A stretch of DNA of 50,958 bases from Promethearchaeota archaeon (lineage in GTDB: Archaea > Asgardarchaeota > Lokiarchaeia > Sigyniarchaeales > SOKP01), in contig JALGVJ010000026.1 of assembly GCA_029838195.1 (NCBI GenBank), forward strand, positions 1 through 50,958, written 5' to 3'. Positions 9,972 to 20,760 of the stretch are shown here, piece by piece. The position numbers were made by a program, and so were the translations under genes. Below the pieces are notes generated by a model. That model was given only the letters and a program-made list of their open reading frames with translations, ran no database searches and was not told where the DNA came from. How positions within the stretch are numbered: the first letter of the stretch is position 1; each line of letters starts with the position of its first letter.

Positions 9972-10781
9972 ATGTCTAAACATCCCCCCTGGTTACATGA
10001 CCATCAAGTATCGGATTTTCCCTTGTTCATGAAACAATTAAAAGAACAACAAGCCAAGCAATTCACTTTACCTACGGGCTGTAAAAATTTAGATGAGATT
10101 TTACAAGGCGGATTTAGGTCTGGAACCAAATACTTAATTTTTGGTCAAAATAGGACCGGAAAAACGCAATTATGTCATCAATTATGTGTTCAAGCCTTTC
10201 TCTTGCAAGAAAAAACGAAGATCACGGAAAATAACGTTCTTACCTATTATTTTGATGCAGAGAATACTTTTCGACCGGAAAGAATTGAAGAATTAACTCT
10301 TGAAAGGGGCCTAAATGTTAAAAAAGTTTTAAAAACCATCCAAGTCTCCCATGTTAGAAGTAATACCGCTCTCTTGTTAAAATTAAAAGAAGTTGCTCAA
10401 TACGCCCAAGCTAACAAAATTCTTCTCTTGATTATTGATTCCATGAATAATCATTATAGAGCGAACCTGGCTAATGAGCAAGAATCGTTCCTCGCCATGA
10501 AATCGGAATTTTTAAACATTTTATCGCTTCTTCATCGATTAACCCTTCAATTAAATGTCATATTCATCGCTACTGCTCAAATTACTCCAAATTTCGCGGA
10601 AAATCCCATTGTAAGCGAAATCCCAGTGGGTAATAATTTATTAAATCATTTCTTTTCAGAATATCTTTATTTAAAACTCCAAAAAAATAATACAGGAACA
10701 GCCATGATAATTAATTCGCACTATTTACCCGAAAATATGGCTTCTTATCAAATTACAGCTAAAGGGATAACGGATTCCTGA
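9972..10781 (+). CDS. RadA/Rad51 paralog lacking the N-terminal HhH domain
   Basis: TGCKNLDEILQGG, GQNRTGKTQLCHQL, DAENTFRPERI, LIIDS. Confidence 0.88.
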   Translation: MSKHPPWLHDHQVSDFPLFMKQLKEQQAKQFTLPTGCKNLDEILQGGFRSGTKYLIFGQNRTGKTQLCHQLCVQAFLLQEKTKITENNVLTYYFDAENTFRPERIEELTLERGLNVKKVLKTIQVSHVRSNTALLLKLKEVAQYAQANKILLLIIDSMNNHYRANLANEQESFLAMKSEFLNILSLLHRLTLQLNVIFIATAQITPNFAENPIVSEIPVGNNLLNHFFSEYLYLKLQKNNTGTAMIINSHYLPENMASYQITAKGITDS

Positions 10782-10787
10782 AATCAT

Positions 10788-11636
10788 TCAAAAATCATTG
10801 ACCAATGTCTCTCTAAATTGATCAAGCGAGATGTTCTTAACCTCTCTCATTTTTACCATTGAATTTACAAAATAGATTTTATTCTCCATTCTTTTTGAGA
10901 TCCATCTTACTAATTGAAGGCCATATTTTAACTTCTTTTTCTTCATGGGATGAGCCTCTTGATTTTCTTGTAAGTAAGGTTTTGAATATTTTCCAATAAT
11001 ATCGTTAAAATCCATGCCTATTAAAAATAACTCGTGATAGGATTGTAATAACGGTCTTAAAAAAAATAATATTCGATCTCCATCCGTAAATCCTCCTGGG
11101 TTAAGTAAATTCTCAGAAGGCTCTATTTGAGTCGTTCCTATGATATCATGAAAATTAAGAATTACCTCCTTAAACTGCTCTAATTTATCAATATTATCTG
11201 CATGGGCATGAACGATAATATATTTTGTAAATTCAAATTCCTTCGGCGTGATTCCATCTAAATCCGTAAAAATCGCTGTAATAGGAATATCTTTCTCCTC
11301 CAAAAATACTGCAGCTCCATCAGCTACCAAATTTACGGTATCCTTTAGGAGATACCTTCCATCTATCGCATCTAATTCCTTTATTGTTGTTTCCAATGTT
11401 GGACCACATCCATATATGATAATATTCCGTCTTTCTGCCAGTGTATTGCGAAAAGAATGAAGGATTTTACTTGCTCTCCATCGATTTTCCTTTAATTTCA
11501 AGATTTGAGATAAATAATCACGTGCTTTACTCTCTTTTAAAGAATTAAACTGAAAATCTCGAAAAATTTTCAAATACCATTTATGAAATTCCTCAAAATA
11601 GTTCATGGAATTCCATACTTCATCTGGCATGCTCAT
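10788..11636 (-). CDS. mptE: 6-hydroxymethyl-7,8-dihydropterin pyrophosphokinase MptE-like
   Basis: GCGPTL, ADGA, TDLDG, VHAHADN, GTTQ, GGFTDGDR, GMDF, KKKKL. Confidence 0.88.
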   Translation of the reverse strand: MSMPDEVWNSMNYFEEFHKWYLKIFRDFQFNSLKESKARDYLSQILKLKENRWRASKILHSFRNTLAERRNIIIYGCGPTLETTIKELDAIDGRYLLKDTVNLVADGAAVFLEEKDIPITAIFTDLDGITPKEFEFTKYIIVHAHADNIDKLEQFKEVILNFHDIIGTTQIEPSENLLNPGGFTDGDRILFFLRPLLQSYHELFLIGMDFNDIIGKYSKPYLQENQEAHPMKKKKLKYGLQLVRWISKRMENKIYFVNSMVKMREVKNISLDQFRETLVNDF

Positions 11637-11774
11637 TACAAATCATTTAATGGTTGTTTTCTAATAAACAAATTTTATATTTTGGATTATATTATTTAAA
11701 TCATACATTTAAAATTCAATATTTTTCCACATAAAAAAGAATCTGAATTAATTAAAAAAAAAGTGATTTAAAAA

Positions 11775-12191
11775 ATGTCGGTTCCAGATAATTTGTATTA
11801 TACTAAAACCCATCAATGGTTCGACCCTTCCACAAAAAGAGTAGGAATCACTGCTTATGCAGCCGAACAACTCGGAGAAATAAGTTTCGTAGATGTTGAA
11901 GGTATTGATGGAGTGGAATTAACTCAAGTACAGATGTCCGGAGATGAGCCTACTTCCGATCCAATTGATGCAACTGTCGAATCAAGTAAAGCAGTTGGAG
12001 ACATTTATTCTCCTGTTTCGGGAAAGGTAATAGAAATTAATGGCAGTTTAATGGATGAGCCGGAAAAAATCAACGAAGATCCATATGGAGAAGGCTGGCT
12101 ATTTGCAATTGAACCTTCAAATTGGGATGCTGAAAAAGGCAATTTACTTTCTGGCGCTGATTACAAAGCATTCATTGAAAGCTTAAAATAA
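11775..12191 (+). CDS. gcvH: Glycine cleavage system H protein
   Basis: YTKTHQW, GITAYAAEQLG, lipoyl site VESSKAV, SPVSG, NEDPYGEGW. Confidence 0.95.
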   Translation: MSVPDNLYYTKTHQWFDPSTKRVGITAYAAEQLGEISFVDVEGIDGVELTQVQMSGDEPTSDPIDATVESSKAVGDIYSPVSGKVIEINGSLMDEPEKINEDPYGEGWLFAIEPSNWDAEKGNLLSGADYKAFIESLK

Positions 12192-12252
12192 ATCATCCAA
12201 TCATCTTGAGAAAATTTTAATTTTTTCTTTTTTTTCTATTTTCATTATTATA

Positions 12253-13401
12253 ATGGACGAGCAAAATATTTTTGAATTAGGCCTCATTATAAACCCGATC
12301 GCAGGAATGGGTGGCCCTGGAGCGCTAAAAGGGACGGATTCAAGAGAGATTTTAGAAAAAGCGATTTCAATGGGTGCTAAACCTACGGCTTTAGAAAGGG
12401 CCAAGGAATTATTACAAAATTTAACATCTGTCAAGAGTAAAATTAAGTTTCTTACGTGTCCTTCCTATATGGGAGAAAATAGTTTAAGAGAAATGGAGTT
12501 TAATCATTCACTCATTCATGATCCGCTTTTTGATGGAGTGTCTTCTCCCTATGATACGACTAATGAGCACACGAAAGTAGCTGCGAAAAAGCTAATTCAG
12601 AACCCAAATTTGAGGCTTTTAATATTCATTGGGGGGGATGGGACTGCTAGAGATATTTTAAATGCGATAGACAAACAGATTCCTTGCTTGGGCATTCCTG
12701 CGGGGGTTAAAGTTTTTTCCAGCGTATTTTCCATGAATCCTCGAGTAGGAGCTCGGCTCATTCTTCAATATTTATGGGATGAAACACCTCTCAGGGAGTC
12801 GGAAGTCTTAGACGTGGATGAGGAGGCATACAGAAAGGGTACTCTTGACGTCAAAATATACGGCTATATGCTGGTTCCACACGTTCCCGAGTATTCTCAA
12901 GCCTCTAAAATGGGAACGCCCTCTTCCGATTTGGATAATCAAGAAAGAATTGCCAAAATGATAATAGAAAGTATGGAGGATGATACGTATTATTTATTAG
13001 GTCCCGGAACGACGATTAAAGTCATAACGGATGAGTTAAAACAAGAAAAAACGCTTCTTGGCGTGGATTTGATGCATAATCGTAAAATTGTTGCTAAAGA
13101 CTTGAATGAACAACAAATCTTGGAATATCTCAAGAAAGGTAAGAAGGTTAAAATCATCCTCTCTCCCATCGGAAAACAAGGCTTTATTTTAGGGAGGGGA
13201 AATTTACAATTTAGTCCTACAGTATTAAAAAAAATAGGTCCTAAAAATCTCATTATTGTCTCCACTAAGTATAAATTAAGCACCATTAAAAACGGAGTGC
13301 TGAAAATAGACACGCGGGATTCACAATTGGATGAAGAATTCAAGGGATTTTATCGCGTGATCGTGGATCAAGATGAAATTAAAATTTGCGAAGTAAAATA
13401 A
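12253..13401 (+). CDS. ATP-NAD/AcoX kinase family protein
   Basis: INPIAGMGG..LKGTD, GGDGTARD, GIPAGVK, GRGNLQ. Confidence 0.85.
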   Translation: MDEQNIFELGLIINPIAGMGGPGALKGTDSREILEKAISMGAKPTALERAKELLQNLTSVKSKIKFLTCPSYMGENSLREMEFNHSLIHDPLFDGVSSPYDTTNEHTKVAAKKLIQNPNLRLLIFIGGDGTARDILNAIDKQIPCLGIPAGVKVFSSVFSMNPRVGARLILQYLWDETPLRESEVLDVDEEAYRKGTLDVKIYGYMLVPHVPEYSQASKMGTPSSDLDNQERIAKMIIESMEDDTYYLLGPGTTIKVITDELKQEKTLLGVDLMHNRKIVAKDLNEQQILEYLKKGKKVKIILSPIGKQGFILGRGNLQFSPTVLKKIGPKNLIIVSTKYKLSTIKNGVLKIDTRDSQLDEEFKGFYRVIVDQDEIKICEVK

Positions 13402-13456
13402 GCATGTTTTATTTTAGAACGAAAATAAATAATATCCTTTAGTTCACATCCATCCC

Positions 13457-13990
13457 TTAGTCAAATATTGTCTTGACCCCGATCTTGTAGGAAATCATGT
13501 ATTGTAAGGCAATGAAAGTCGTCAAAATCAAAATGATGCCCAATATTAAAATCCGTTGGGCAATCGCTTTATTATACACGTATTTAGAAGCATGATATAA
13601 CAAGATATAGCCTAATGAACATAAAAATATTAGAGTAGAGGCAACAATTCCTTCAATAATGAAACTTTCGTGAAGATCTTGATATAAAAATTGAGGCTCT
13701 CCTTGTACTGTGGCTCCTAATGCGGGAGGATCACGGTAAAGTAAATAGATTATTCCTGTTTGTAAGACAAATAAAGCCGCATAAATGAGAATAACGCTGA
13801 AAGTTTTTACCGGCATGGGTATGTTCACTTTTTTTACCTTGCTAAAATCAGGAAAGATGATTTTCGGTTTCCGTATTTTCTTTCCGAGAATCCACGGCGT
13901 TCTTTTCTGGAGCATTTCTAAAACCGTTTCAGAGCCCGAAACCCCTGCTTTTTCTTGACTTCTTCCTCTAATTATTTTTTTTTTCGTCAT
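13457..13990 (-). CDS. Oligosaccharyltransferase accessory subunit, OSTC/DC2 (OST3/6 family)-like
   Basis: Three TMs with loop DPPALG...FIIEGIVASTLIFLCSLGYILL, resembling the OSTC/OST3 PP..G..Q/F..EG signature. Confidence 0.75.
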   Translation of the reverse strand: MTKKKIIRGRSQEKAGVSGSETVLEMLQKRTPWILGKKIRKPKIIFPDFSKVKKVNIPMPVKTFSVILIYAALFVLQTGIIYLLYRDPPALGATVQGEPQFLYQDLHESFIIEGIVASTLIFLCSLGYILLYHASKYVYNKAIAQRILILGIILILTTFIALQYMISYKIGVKTIFD

Positions 13991-14117
13991 GAGTGCATAT
14001 TTGAACTACTTCTTTCTCCTCACGATCTTAAATTTTCAAATCTAAAAATAATCTATTTATTATATTTTTTCTGTAGATAATTATACATGTTTTATTAAAT
14101 TTATAGGGGTAATAATC

Positions 14118-15404
14118 ATGAATTTTGAAAAAATTTTCAAGGAAGTAGATGAGTTAAAGAAGCAAGAGATCATGGCGCTCTTGAAAGAATTAATCGGCGT
14201 TCCTACTATCGTTCCACCGGGGGATAATTATCAAGATTATGTAAATACCATCTCACCCTATTTTAAAGAGTTAGGATATGATCTGAAAGAAGTCGTCGTG
14301 CCGGAAAAATTCGTGAAAGAAATCCCGTATGATTTGAAAGGTCCACGGGTCAATCTCGTGGCTACAAAAAATTACGGTGCAGATAAAGATATTTCTTTTT
14401 ATGGCCATATGGACGTGGTCCCCGCTCCAAATGAGGGTGCGAAAAAATGGCGGTTTCCCCCTTTCGAAGCAACCATTATAGGCAGTGGAAAAATATATGG
14501 AAGAGGTGTGGCGGACATGAAAGGATCTATGGTCGCCCTCATTCTTGCACTCCAATTAATTGAAAAGCTCGACCTCACGCCTAAATATAACATTAATGTC
14601 CTAAATTGTACAGACGAAGAAATAGGTATATATCCGGGAGTTCGCTATTTGGCAGAACAAAATTACGTGAAAGGAACCATATTCTGCATGGAAGGCATCA
14701 TAGACCCCATCATTTTCGCCGGCTGTGCAGGTGCATTGAATATCATCGTTGAAGCCATGGGAAGGAGCTGCCATTCCGGAATGAATTTCATGGGAATTAA
14801 TTCAATAGAAGAAATGATACCGATTCTCGTGGAATTAATGAAATTGAAAAAAATTGTAGAATCTCGAGAAAGTAAGGACATCCCTGGATTTCCACGACCT
14901 GGCACCGATAGACAATGGAACATGACCCCCATGTTCAATTTAGACATTATAAAAGGAGGAGAAAAACCCAATATAGTCCCTGATCTCTGTTCCTTGACCA
15001 TTAATCGACGCATCATCCCGGATGAAAAATATGAAGATGTAAAACAAGAAATCCTCGATGCTATTGAAACAGGAAAGGCTAATAGTAAATTATTAGATGT
15101 TAAAACTACCTTCATTTATGATTATCCTGCGGTCAAAATGAATGTCAATTCTCCTGATGTCCTCAAATTAAAAGAAATCATGAAAATAGTGCAAGACATC
15201 CCCGAAGAAAAAATTAAAACCGTGGGAATGTCCGGCTCCACGGATATGGGCTACGTGTCTGAAATCCTAAATACAAATGATATTATCTTTTATGGAGTGG
15301 GAAATGCGGGAAGCAATCCCCATGGCGTCAATGAGACTATAAAATTACGTGATTTAAAAACCTATATTAAAGAACTTATCTTGTTTCTCTGTTCAGATTT
15401 CTAA
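14118..15404 (+). CDS. M20 metallo-hydrolase (ArgE/DapE family)
   Basis: GHMDVVP, GRGVADMKG, DEE, C-terminal HGVNE. Confidence 0.92.
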   Translation: MNFEKIFKEVDELKKQEIMALLKELIGVPTIVPPGDNYQDYVNTISPYFKELGYDLKEVVVPEKFVKEIPYDLKGPRVNLVATKNYGADKDISFYGHMDVVPAPNEGAKKWRFPPFEATIIGSGKIYGRGVADMKGSMVALILALQLIEKLDLTPKYNINVLNCTDEEIGIYPGVRYLAEQNYVKGTIFCMEGIIDPIIFAGCAGALNIIVEAMGRSCHSGMNFMGINSIEEMIPILVELMKLKKIVESRESKDIPGFPRPGTDRQWNMTPMFNLDIIKGGEKPNIVPDLCSLTINRRIIPDEKYEDVKQEILDAIETGKANSKLLDVKTTFIYDYPAVKMNVNSPDVLKLKEIMKIVQDIPEEKIKTVGMSGSTDMGYVSEILNTNDIIFYGVGNAGSNPHGVNETIKLRDLKTYIKELILFLCSDF

Positions 15405-15613
15405 TCTCTTCTCATTTTTTTTTTAATTAAATTATCGTGAATAGCTCCGGAGTTATTTGAAAATGAAAATTAGGGCGTTTGAGTAAGTAGCTATTTTCAT
15501 CGAATTCTCCCATTTTCTCAAAATTAGAAATTATGAAAAAAAAAATCAGAAATTAAAAATCTTTAGCCGTGAAGAATCTTCACTCTTTTATCTCTTAATT
15601 TTTCACCCTTATT

Positions 15614-15811
15614 TTATTCTTCCGTTATCGTAATTGCTTCCTCGGGACATTGCGTTTCACATGCCCTACAGCCGACGCAGTCTTCACGATTTTCTTCAAG
15701 AACATTTACTTTGCCACCTTCAGGCTCGCCGAAACACTCACTTGGGCAGACCTCATAGCATGTGCCGCATCCCGTGCATGCGTCCATATCAATTTCGATT
15801 TTAAAACTCAT
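15614..15811 (-). CDS. 2x[4Fe-4S] ferredoxin
   Basis: Two CxxCxxCxxxCP motifs. Confidence 0.95.
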   Translation of the reverse strand: MSFKIEIDMDACTGCGTCYEVCPSECFGEPEGGKVNVLEENREDCVGCRACETQCPEEAITITEE

Positions 15812-16749
15812 GATTTCATTCCTTTTTTTGTTTTTTTAATTTTTAATTAAAGATAGTCGATTATAGAAATGGGTTAATAATTGAAATATTCCAAATTATT
15901 TAAAAAATATTTTTATTAACAAAAACGATTTCTCTGAATTTAATTAATTCTCGTAAAGCAAAAGTTTTAAAGGAGGAAAGATCGAGGAAAAAGGCGTGTT
16001 TGAAAGTAGGAATTTCATTAAAATGTGTGAAAGCTTTAAGGAATTAAATTTTGGAAAATTTCCGGATCCATTTTTTAAAGTAATAAATTTTAGAAGAAGG
16101 GGAACGAGGGAAGGAAAAAAAGAATGATTTTACTTTTTTTAAACTCTTTTTCTAATGGATTGAATTTCTAAAGATTTCCTAAATAACAAGGTTTACTTTC
16201 ATTGTTATCAGGAATACAATTATACTCTAAAAAGACAATAAGATATTTTTAACAATTTTGCGGAATACACGTGGTGCATTTTATTTAACATTTTGCAAAA
16301 TACTCGCCAAATAGAATAGGTTCTTAGAAATCATGAATTAATTTATCCTATTTGTTTTTATGGAAGGGATATGTTTAATAATAAGCGCACGAAATATTCT
16401 CAAGAAGATAGATTCATGAATTAAATGATTTAGAAAAACTTAACTACTCTCATTTTTTTCCCACTCTTTAGTTGTAAAACTCACTTATGATTTAGAATCA
16501 AAATTAGGGTTTTTTTCTCCTATCGGAACTTAAAATTATAAGAGGTAACCTTCCATTCTTATTTTAAAATATTGAAGAGGTGTTATAAATTAATTCCATT
16601 TGCCCTTGTCCAAAAATGAAATGTAAGAATCATGGAAAATGTGAAGCATGTGAAAATAATTATGCGAAATTCACTAATTCACCCTTTTGTAAAAGAAATC
16701 ATAGTCTATTTACCGGGATTGTTCTCCGTAAAAATTATCTTTTAACTAA

Positions 16750-17215
16750 ATGAGTGAAGCGCCAGGGATTCTCATGAAACGGGTCTTATTTCTCCATGAA
16801 TTTCTGAATGGAGTCATGGAAAAAATTGCAATGGTATTGAATAGAGGATTAAAAGAAGGAGGGTTTAACGTGGATTGTAGTTCCATTTCAATTATTCAAT
16901 TAAATAACTTTAATATTCATGATATGCTTGGAATTGTAGTCTCTGAAAATGAGCCGGGGAAATCTAAAAATTTAGACAATTTCTTATCTAAACTAATGCG
17001 AGAAAAACTTGAAAATAAATTAGGTATCATGCTTTAGTACAAACTAATGAAAATTCAGCAACATAGGTGAAGAATCGAATAACTCATTATTTTAATAAAA
17101 TCGGAATGAAAAACCTTCCTTCCATCATTGTTAATGGTCTTCTTGAAAAAGAGAGTTTCATAAAAAACTCTATATTAAATTGAATGGAACAAATCATGAA
17201 ATCTTTAAAGATTTA
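16750..17215 (+). pseudogene. Decayed flavodoxin-like gene
   Basis: EKIAMVLNRGL..VDC..DMLGI..SK..FLSKL follows the flavodoxin fold, but the FMN phosphate loop is lost and several stops follow 17037. End is approximate. Confidence 0.5.
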
Positions 17216-17308
17216 AACTATGACAAATTTCCATAATAAAGTGCAAGTAAATGATAGATAAAATGCCACGGATTCATGTTAAATAAAAGGATTCATGACG
17301 TGTGAACC

Positions 17309-18049
17309 ATGTGTCGCATGTTTTTTCAATGTTCGGAGGAACCTTTTCAAGTGGATGAAATGGTTTTAAAAAGATTCATTTCTTCTTGTCATTGGACCTA
17401 TTTTCGGCGTTATAATTTAATAGGACACCATCATTTAGGATTTGGAATAGCATTTATTCCAGAAGGAAAGAATCATTTGATCATTAAAAGATCTCTCACA
17501 CCGATATACAAAGCGGATTGGAAGGGATTGCTAAAAATTAAGACACGTTTTCTTTTAGTTCATGCTAGAAAAGCGTATCCATGGAAGAAATCTCATGAGG
17601 ATATTCATCCAATTGATATTAAGGAAAAATTTCTCATTACACATAATGGTACCATTCATGTCAATTCTTTTCCTCCCTTGAAAGATAAAAGATTAGAAAA
17701 GATAAAGAATTCTACATCATTAGATACGAGAAAATATTTATGCTACATCATGGATGTTTTGAAAAGAAAGAAGAAACTTAAAGAATCGTTGGAAGAGGTG
17801 TTGAGAAATATTAAAATAGGTATTGCGGCAAATGCATTTCTTTTCAATACTCATCAATGCAACGTGATTAATTATCATGCAAGTAAATTTACAGGAAGAC
17901 ATAGAACGTTATTCCTTCATGAAAAGGGAAACATGATACTCGTGGGCACGACTCCTTTAAGAAAAGATGCTCATGAAATTCCGAATAAAACATTAATTCA
18001 AATCAATCTAAACTCTCTTTCTATGCGAATGCAAGCATTACACTTTTAA
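17309..18049 (+). CDS. Class II (Ntn) glutamine amidotransferase-like protein
   Basis: N-terminal MCRM, H..GFG, VHARKA, HP, HNGTI, DT. Confidence 0.85.
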   Translation: MCRMFFQCSEEPFQVDEMVLKRFISSCHWTYFRRYNLIGHHHLGFGIAFIPEGKNHLIIKRSLTPIYKADWKGLLKIKTRFLLVHARKAYPWKKSHEDIHPIDIKEKFLITHNGTIHVNSFPPLKDKRLEKIKNSTSLDTRKYLCYIMDVLKRKKKLKESLEEVLRNIKIGIAANAFLFNTHQCNVINYHASKFTGRHRTLFLHEKGNMILVGTTPLRKDAHEIPNKTLIQINLNSLSMRMQALHF

Positions 18050-18294
18050 AGGTCTTACTGAGAGTTTATTCTATAAAAATCTATAGAATTGTTAGTTCAT
18101 GCAATTATTATTAGAAAAAAAGAGGGTTATTTTCATTAATAATAAAAATAATATTTTAATTCTAAATTTTATAGAGAGGTCATGAATTTTCAATTTTCCA
18201 TTTTTTAAGGGATGAATTTATCATCCTAGCGAAGTAAAAAAATAAAAAATTTAATAGAAAAAAATAGATAAAATGAATAAATTGAAAGACTAGT

Positions 18295-18645
18295 TTAAGA
18301 TTTCCCTTCTTCTATTTCTTCTTCCTCTTCCTCTTCGGCCTCTTCTGCAGCAAGTTCTTCTTCAAGTTCCTCTAAAGGAACTGGAGCCGGAGTCGTTAAC
18401 ATGGAATAACCGATCCATACGGCGATAACACAGACGAGAATGATGATCAACCACATCGGAGCTACAACAAAAAGCCTCCAATCCAAGAGGTCAACACCGA
18501 GCCAGTCCGTCGTCATATCAATTCCGTTTGGTTGCTTTCCAATAGTAGCCATGAACAAATCTACGACTGAGCCGAGAGTATAGATAATAGCAATTATAAC
18601 ACCAGCAATCATTACGATTAAACCAATAATTTTATCTTTTGCCAT
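18295..18645 (-). CDS. Two-TM membrane protein with acidic tail, DPM2-like
   Basis: DKIIG...IYT and P...WIGYSML patterns resemble eukaryotic DPM2. ATG 18645 preferred over TTG 18654. Confidence 0.6.
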   Translation of the reverse strand: MAKDKIIGLIVMIAGVIIAIIYTLGSVVDLFMATIGKQPNGIDMTTDWLGVDLLDWRLFVVAPMWLIIILVCVIAVWIGYSMLTTPAPVPLEELEEELAAEEAEEEEEEEIEEGKS

Positions 18646-18883
18646 TTTCTTCAACCTATTTTATTTTTAATTTTTAATAGAAATGATAATGCGATATATA
18701 AACTTGGGGAATCCAAGTTTAATTATGTAAAAATATAAAATATTAAAATAAAAACCATTCGAAAAATTTGATAAATTTATTTAAAAGAGGAAAAAAATAA
18801 AAAGCATGATTTAGAAATAATGAAAATCTTTATTAATTATTCACGAGCAATTATAATCATTCTTAAATGGAATTCAAAACGAG

Positions 18884-19876
18884 TTGGTGACCAGCATGCC
18901 ATCCAATAAAAAAAATAATTACGTCGTGATCGTCGGATCTAGTAACATGGATTTAAACATCTATATTGAACAATTTCCAGCTCCAGGGGAAACAGTTACT
19001 GGAGGGATGTTCAGACAATTCTTAGGGGGAAAAGGAGCAAATCAAGCAGTTGCTTCCATTAGAAGCGGTGCATCCACCACTTTTTTGGGACGAATTGGTA
19101 TGGACGCATTCGGTGAGCAAATGGTAGCGCAGCTTTCCTCTGAAGGAATTGACACTTCTCGAATAGTTAAAGATCCGGAAGAAATGAGTGGGGTTGCATT
19201 TATTTTGATTGACGCTAAGGGAGAAAACATGATTTCCGTCGCCCCAGGTGCGAATAAAAATTTATCAATAGCGGATATCATGAAAAATGCAGAATTAATT
19301 GAACAAGCAAGGGTAGTAATAGCTCAAATGGAGATTCCCTTGTCGACCCTTGAAAAGGTATTCGAAATCGCTGCTAAAGGAAAAGCAATAAAAATTCTAA
19401 ATCCTGCCCCTTTAAAACCATTTTCACCCGATTTATTAAAAAATATTGATATAATCACGCCGAATAAAGGAGAGTTACTTAGATTACACGCGTTATTTCA
19501 ATTAGGAGAATTACCTCAAAATAAAGATAAGCAAATCATTGAAGCTTCCAAAAATTTATCAAAACTGGGAGTAAATACCATCATTACCACTTTAGGATCA
19601 GAAGGAAGTTTATTGTTCGATAAGGATATGGGTATTTATTCCATTAAATCCTTTCCAGTTAATACCGTAGATACGGTTGGGGCTGGAGATTGTTTTAATG
19701 GGGTTTTAGCAAGCAAGAGATGTCAAGGAGAAAATTTGTTAGATGCTTTAAAACATGCTACAGCAGCAGCTTCTATTGCCGTAACTCGTAAAGGCGCCCA
19801 AGCTTCAATGCCTTATTCCCATGAAATAGAAGAAAAATATAACCACTTTTCCGATGATATGATTAAAAAATGGTGA
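18884..19876 (+). CDS. rbsK: Ribokinase (PfkB family)
   Basis: GSSNMDL, GGKGANQAVA, NPAP, DTVGAGDCF. Confidence 0.93.
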   Translation: MVTSMPSNKKNNYVVIVGSSNMDLNIYIEQFPAPGETVTGGMFRQFLGGKGANQAVASIRSGASTTFLGRIGMDAFGEQMVAQLSSEGIDTSRIVKDPEEMSGVAFILIDAKGENMISVAPGANKNLSIADIMKNAELIEQARVVIAQMEIPLSTLEKVFEIAAKGKAIKILNPAPLKPFSPDLLKNIDIITPNKGELLRLHALFQLGELPQNKDKQIIEASKNLSKLGVNTIITTLGSEGSLLFDKDMGIYSIKSFPVNTVDTVGAGDCFNGVLASKRCQGENLLDALKHATAAASIAVTRKGAQASMPYSHEIEEKYNHFSDDMIKKW

Positions 19877-20550
19877 TGATAATAATACAAGAATCTCTTA
19901 CTCCTGAAAGAGGTACGTGTTTAAGGGTTAATGATTCCACACCGTTAAGAATTGAATTAGATCCTCCCATAAAAGAAAATATTTTAATAATAAATGGACA
20001 AGAGTTTTTCTATGGAAAACTTTCAGAAGAGAAACTAAAAATTGCGCCCAATACCCCTTACATGATAATCAACAAGAGTAAAATGACAATTACATTAAGG
20101 TACAACAAAGAGATCTCCACTCATTCCATTCTTTACAATCCCTACAAATTTGAAAACAACAATTTAAAAATCATTGATTCCACAGAATTCCAAAAAACCC
20201 ATGAAATACCCGAAGGATATGTTGATATTCTCGCAAAATGGTATAGTATTAAATTTACTTATCCTCAATATAATTTAATTTATATTAAACCCGAAATGGG
20301 GATTTCCATCCAAAAACATGCTCTTAGAGATGAGATTTGGGAAGCGTTAGGCGGAAACCCCATTATTCTTTCCGGAAATAAAGTATATTACTTCGTAAAG
20401 GAAGGGGAAAAATTCACGAACAAGAAAGGGGATTTTCATGCTATTTTTAATCCAAATACAGACCGTTACGTGATACTAAAAGAATATTGGAGCGGTCATT
20501 TTGATGAGGAAGACATAGAACGAGTATTCAATCCAAATAAATATGGATAA
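19870..20550 (+). CDS. Cupin protein, type II phosphomannose-isomerase C-terminal-like
   Basis: ISIQKHALRDEIW, FHAIFN, DEEDIERV. Confidence 0.7.
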   Translation: MVMIIIQESLTPERGTCLRVNDSTPLRIELDPPIKENILIINGQEFFYGKLSEEKLKIAPNTPYMIINKSKMTITLRYNKEISTHSILYNPYKFENNNLKIIDSTEFQKTHEIPEGYVDILAKWYSIKFTYPQYNLIYIKPEMGISIQKHALRDEIWEALGGNPIILSGNKVYYFVKEGEKFTNKKGDFHAIFNPNTDRYVILKEYWSGHFDEEDIERVFNPNKYG

Positions 20551-20760
20551 AATACCCACTCGAGTTCTTGGAATTCTATTTTGTACTGCTGCCTTGAAAA
20601 AGTCCGCATGCGATCCACAAGGACTCCTTTTAAAGTTTTTGTTTTTTTCTTGTTAGACCTTATTTTCTAAGTTTCTATCAATAAATTAAAATGGAAGCTT
20701 TCATTTTTCATCTATAAACAATATTAGTTACGATAATTAAAATTAAAAAAAAATAATGGT

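Noticed and set aside
20551-20630. Short GC-richer hairpin (AGTCC/GGACT) upstream of rps19
   Set aside because: Only a 5-bp stem and no recognisable RNA family.
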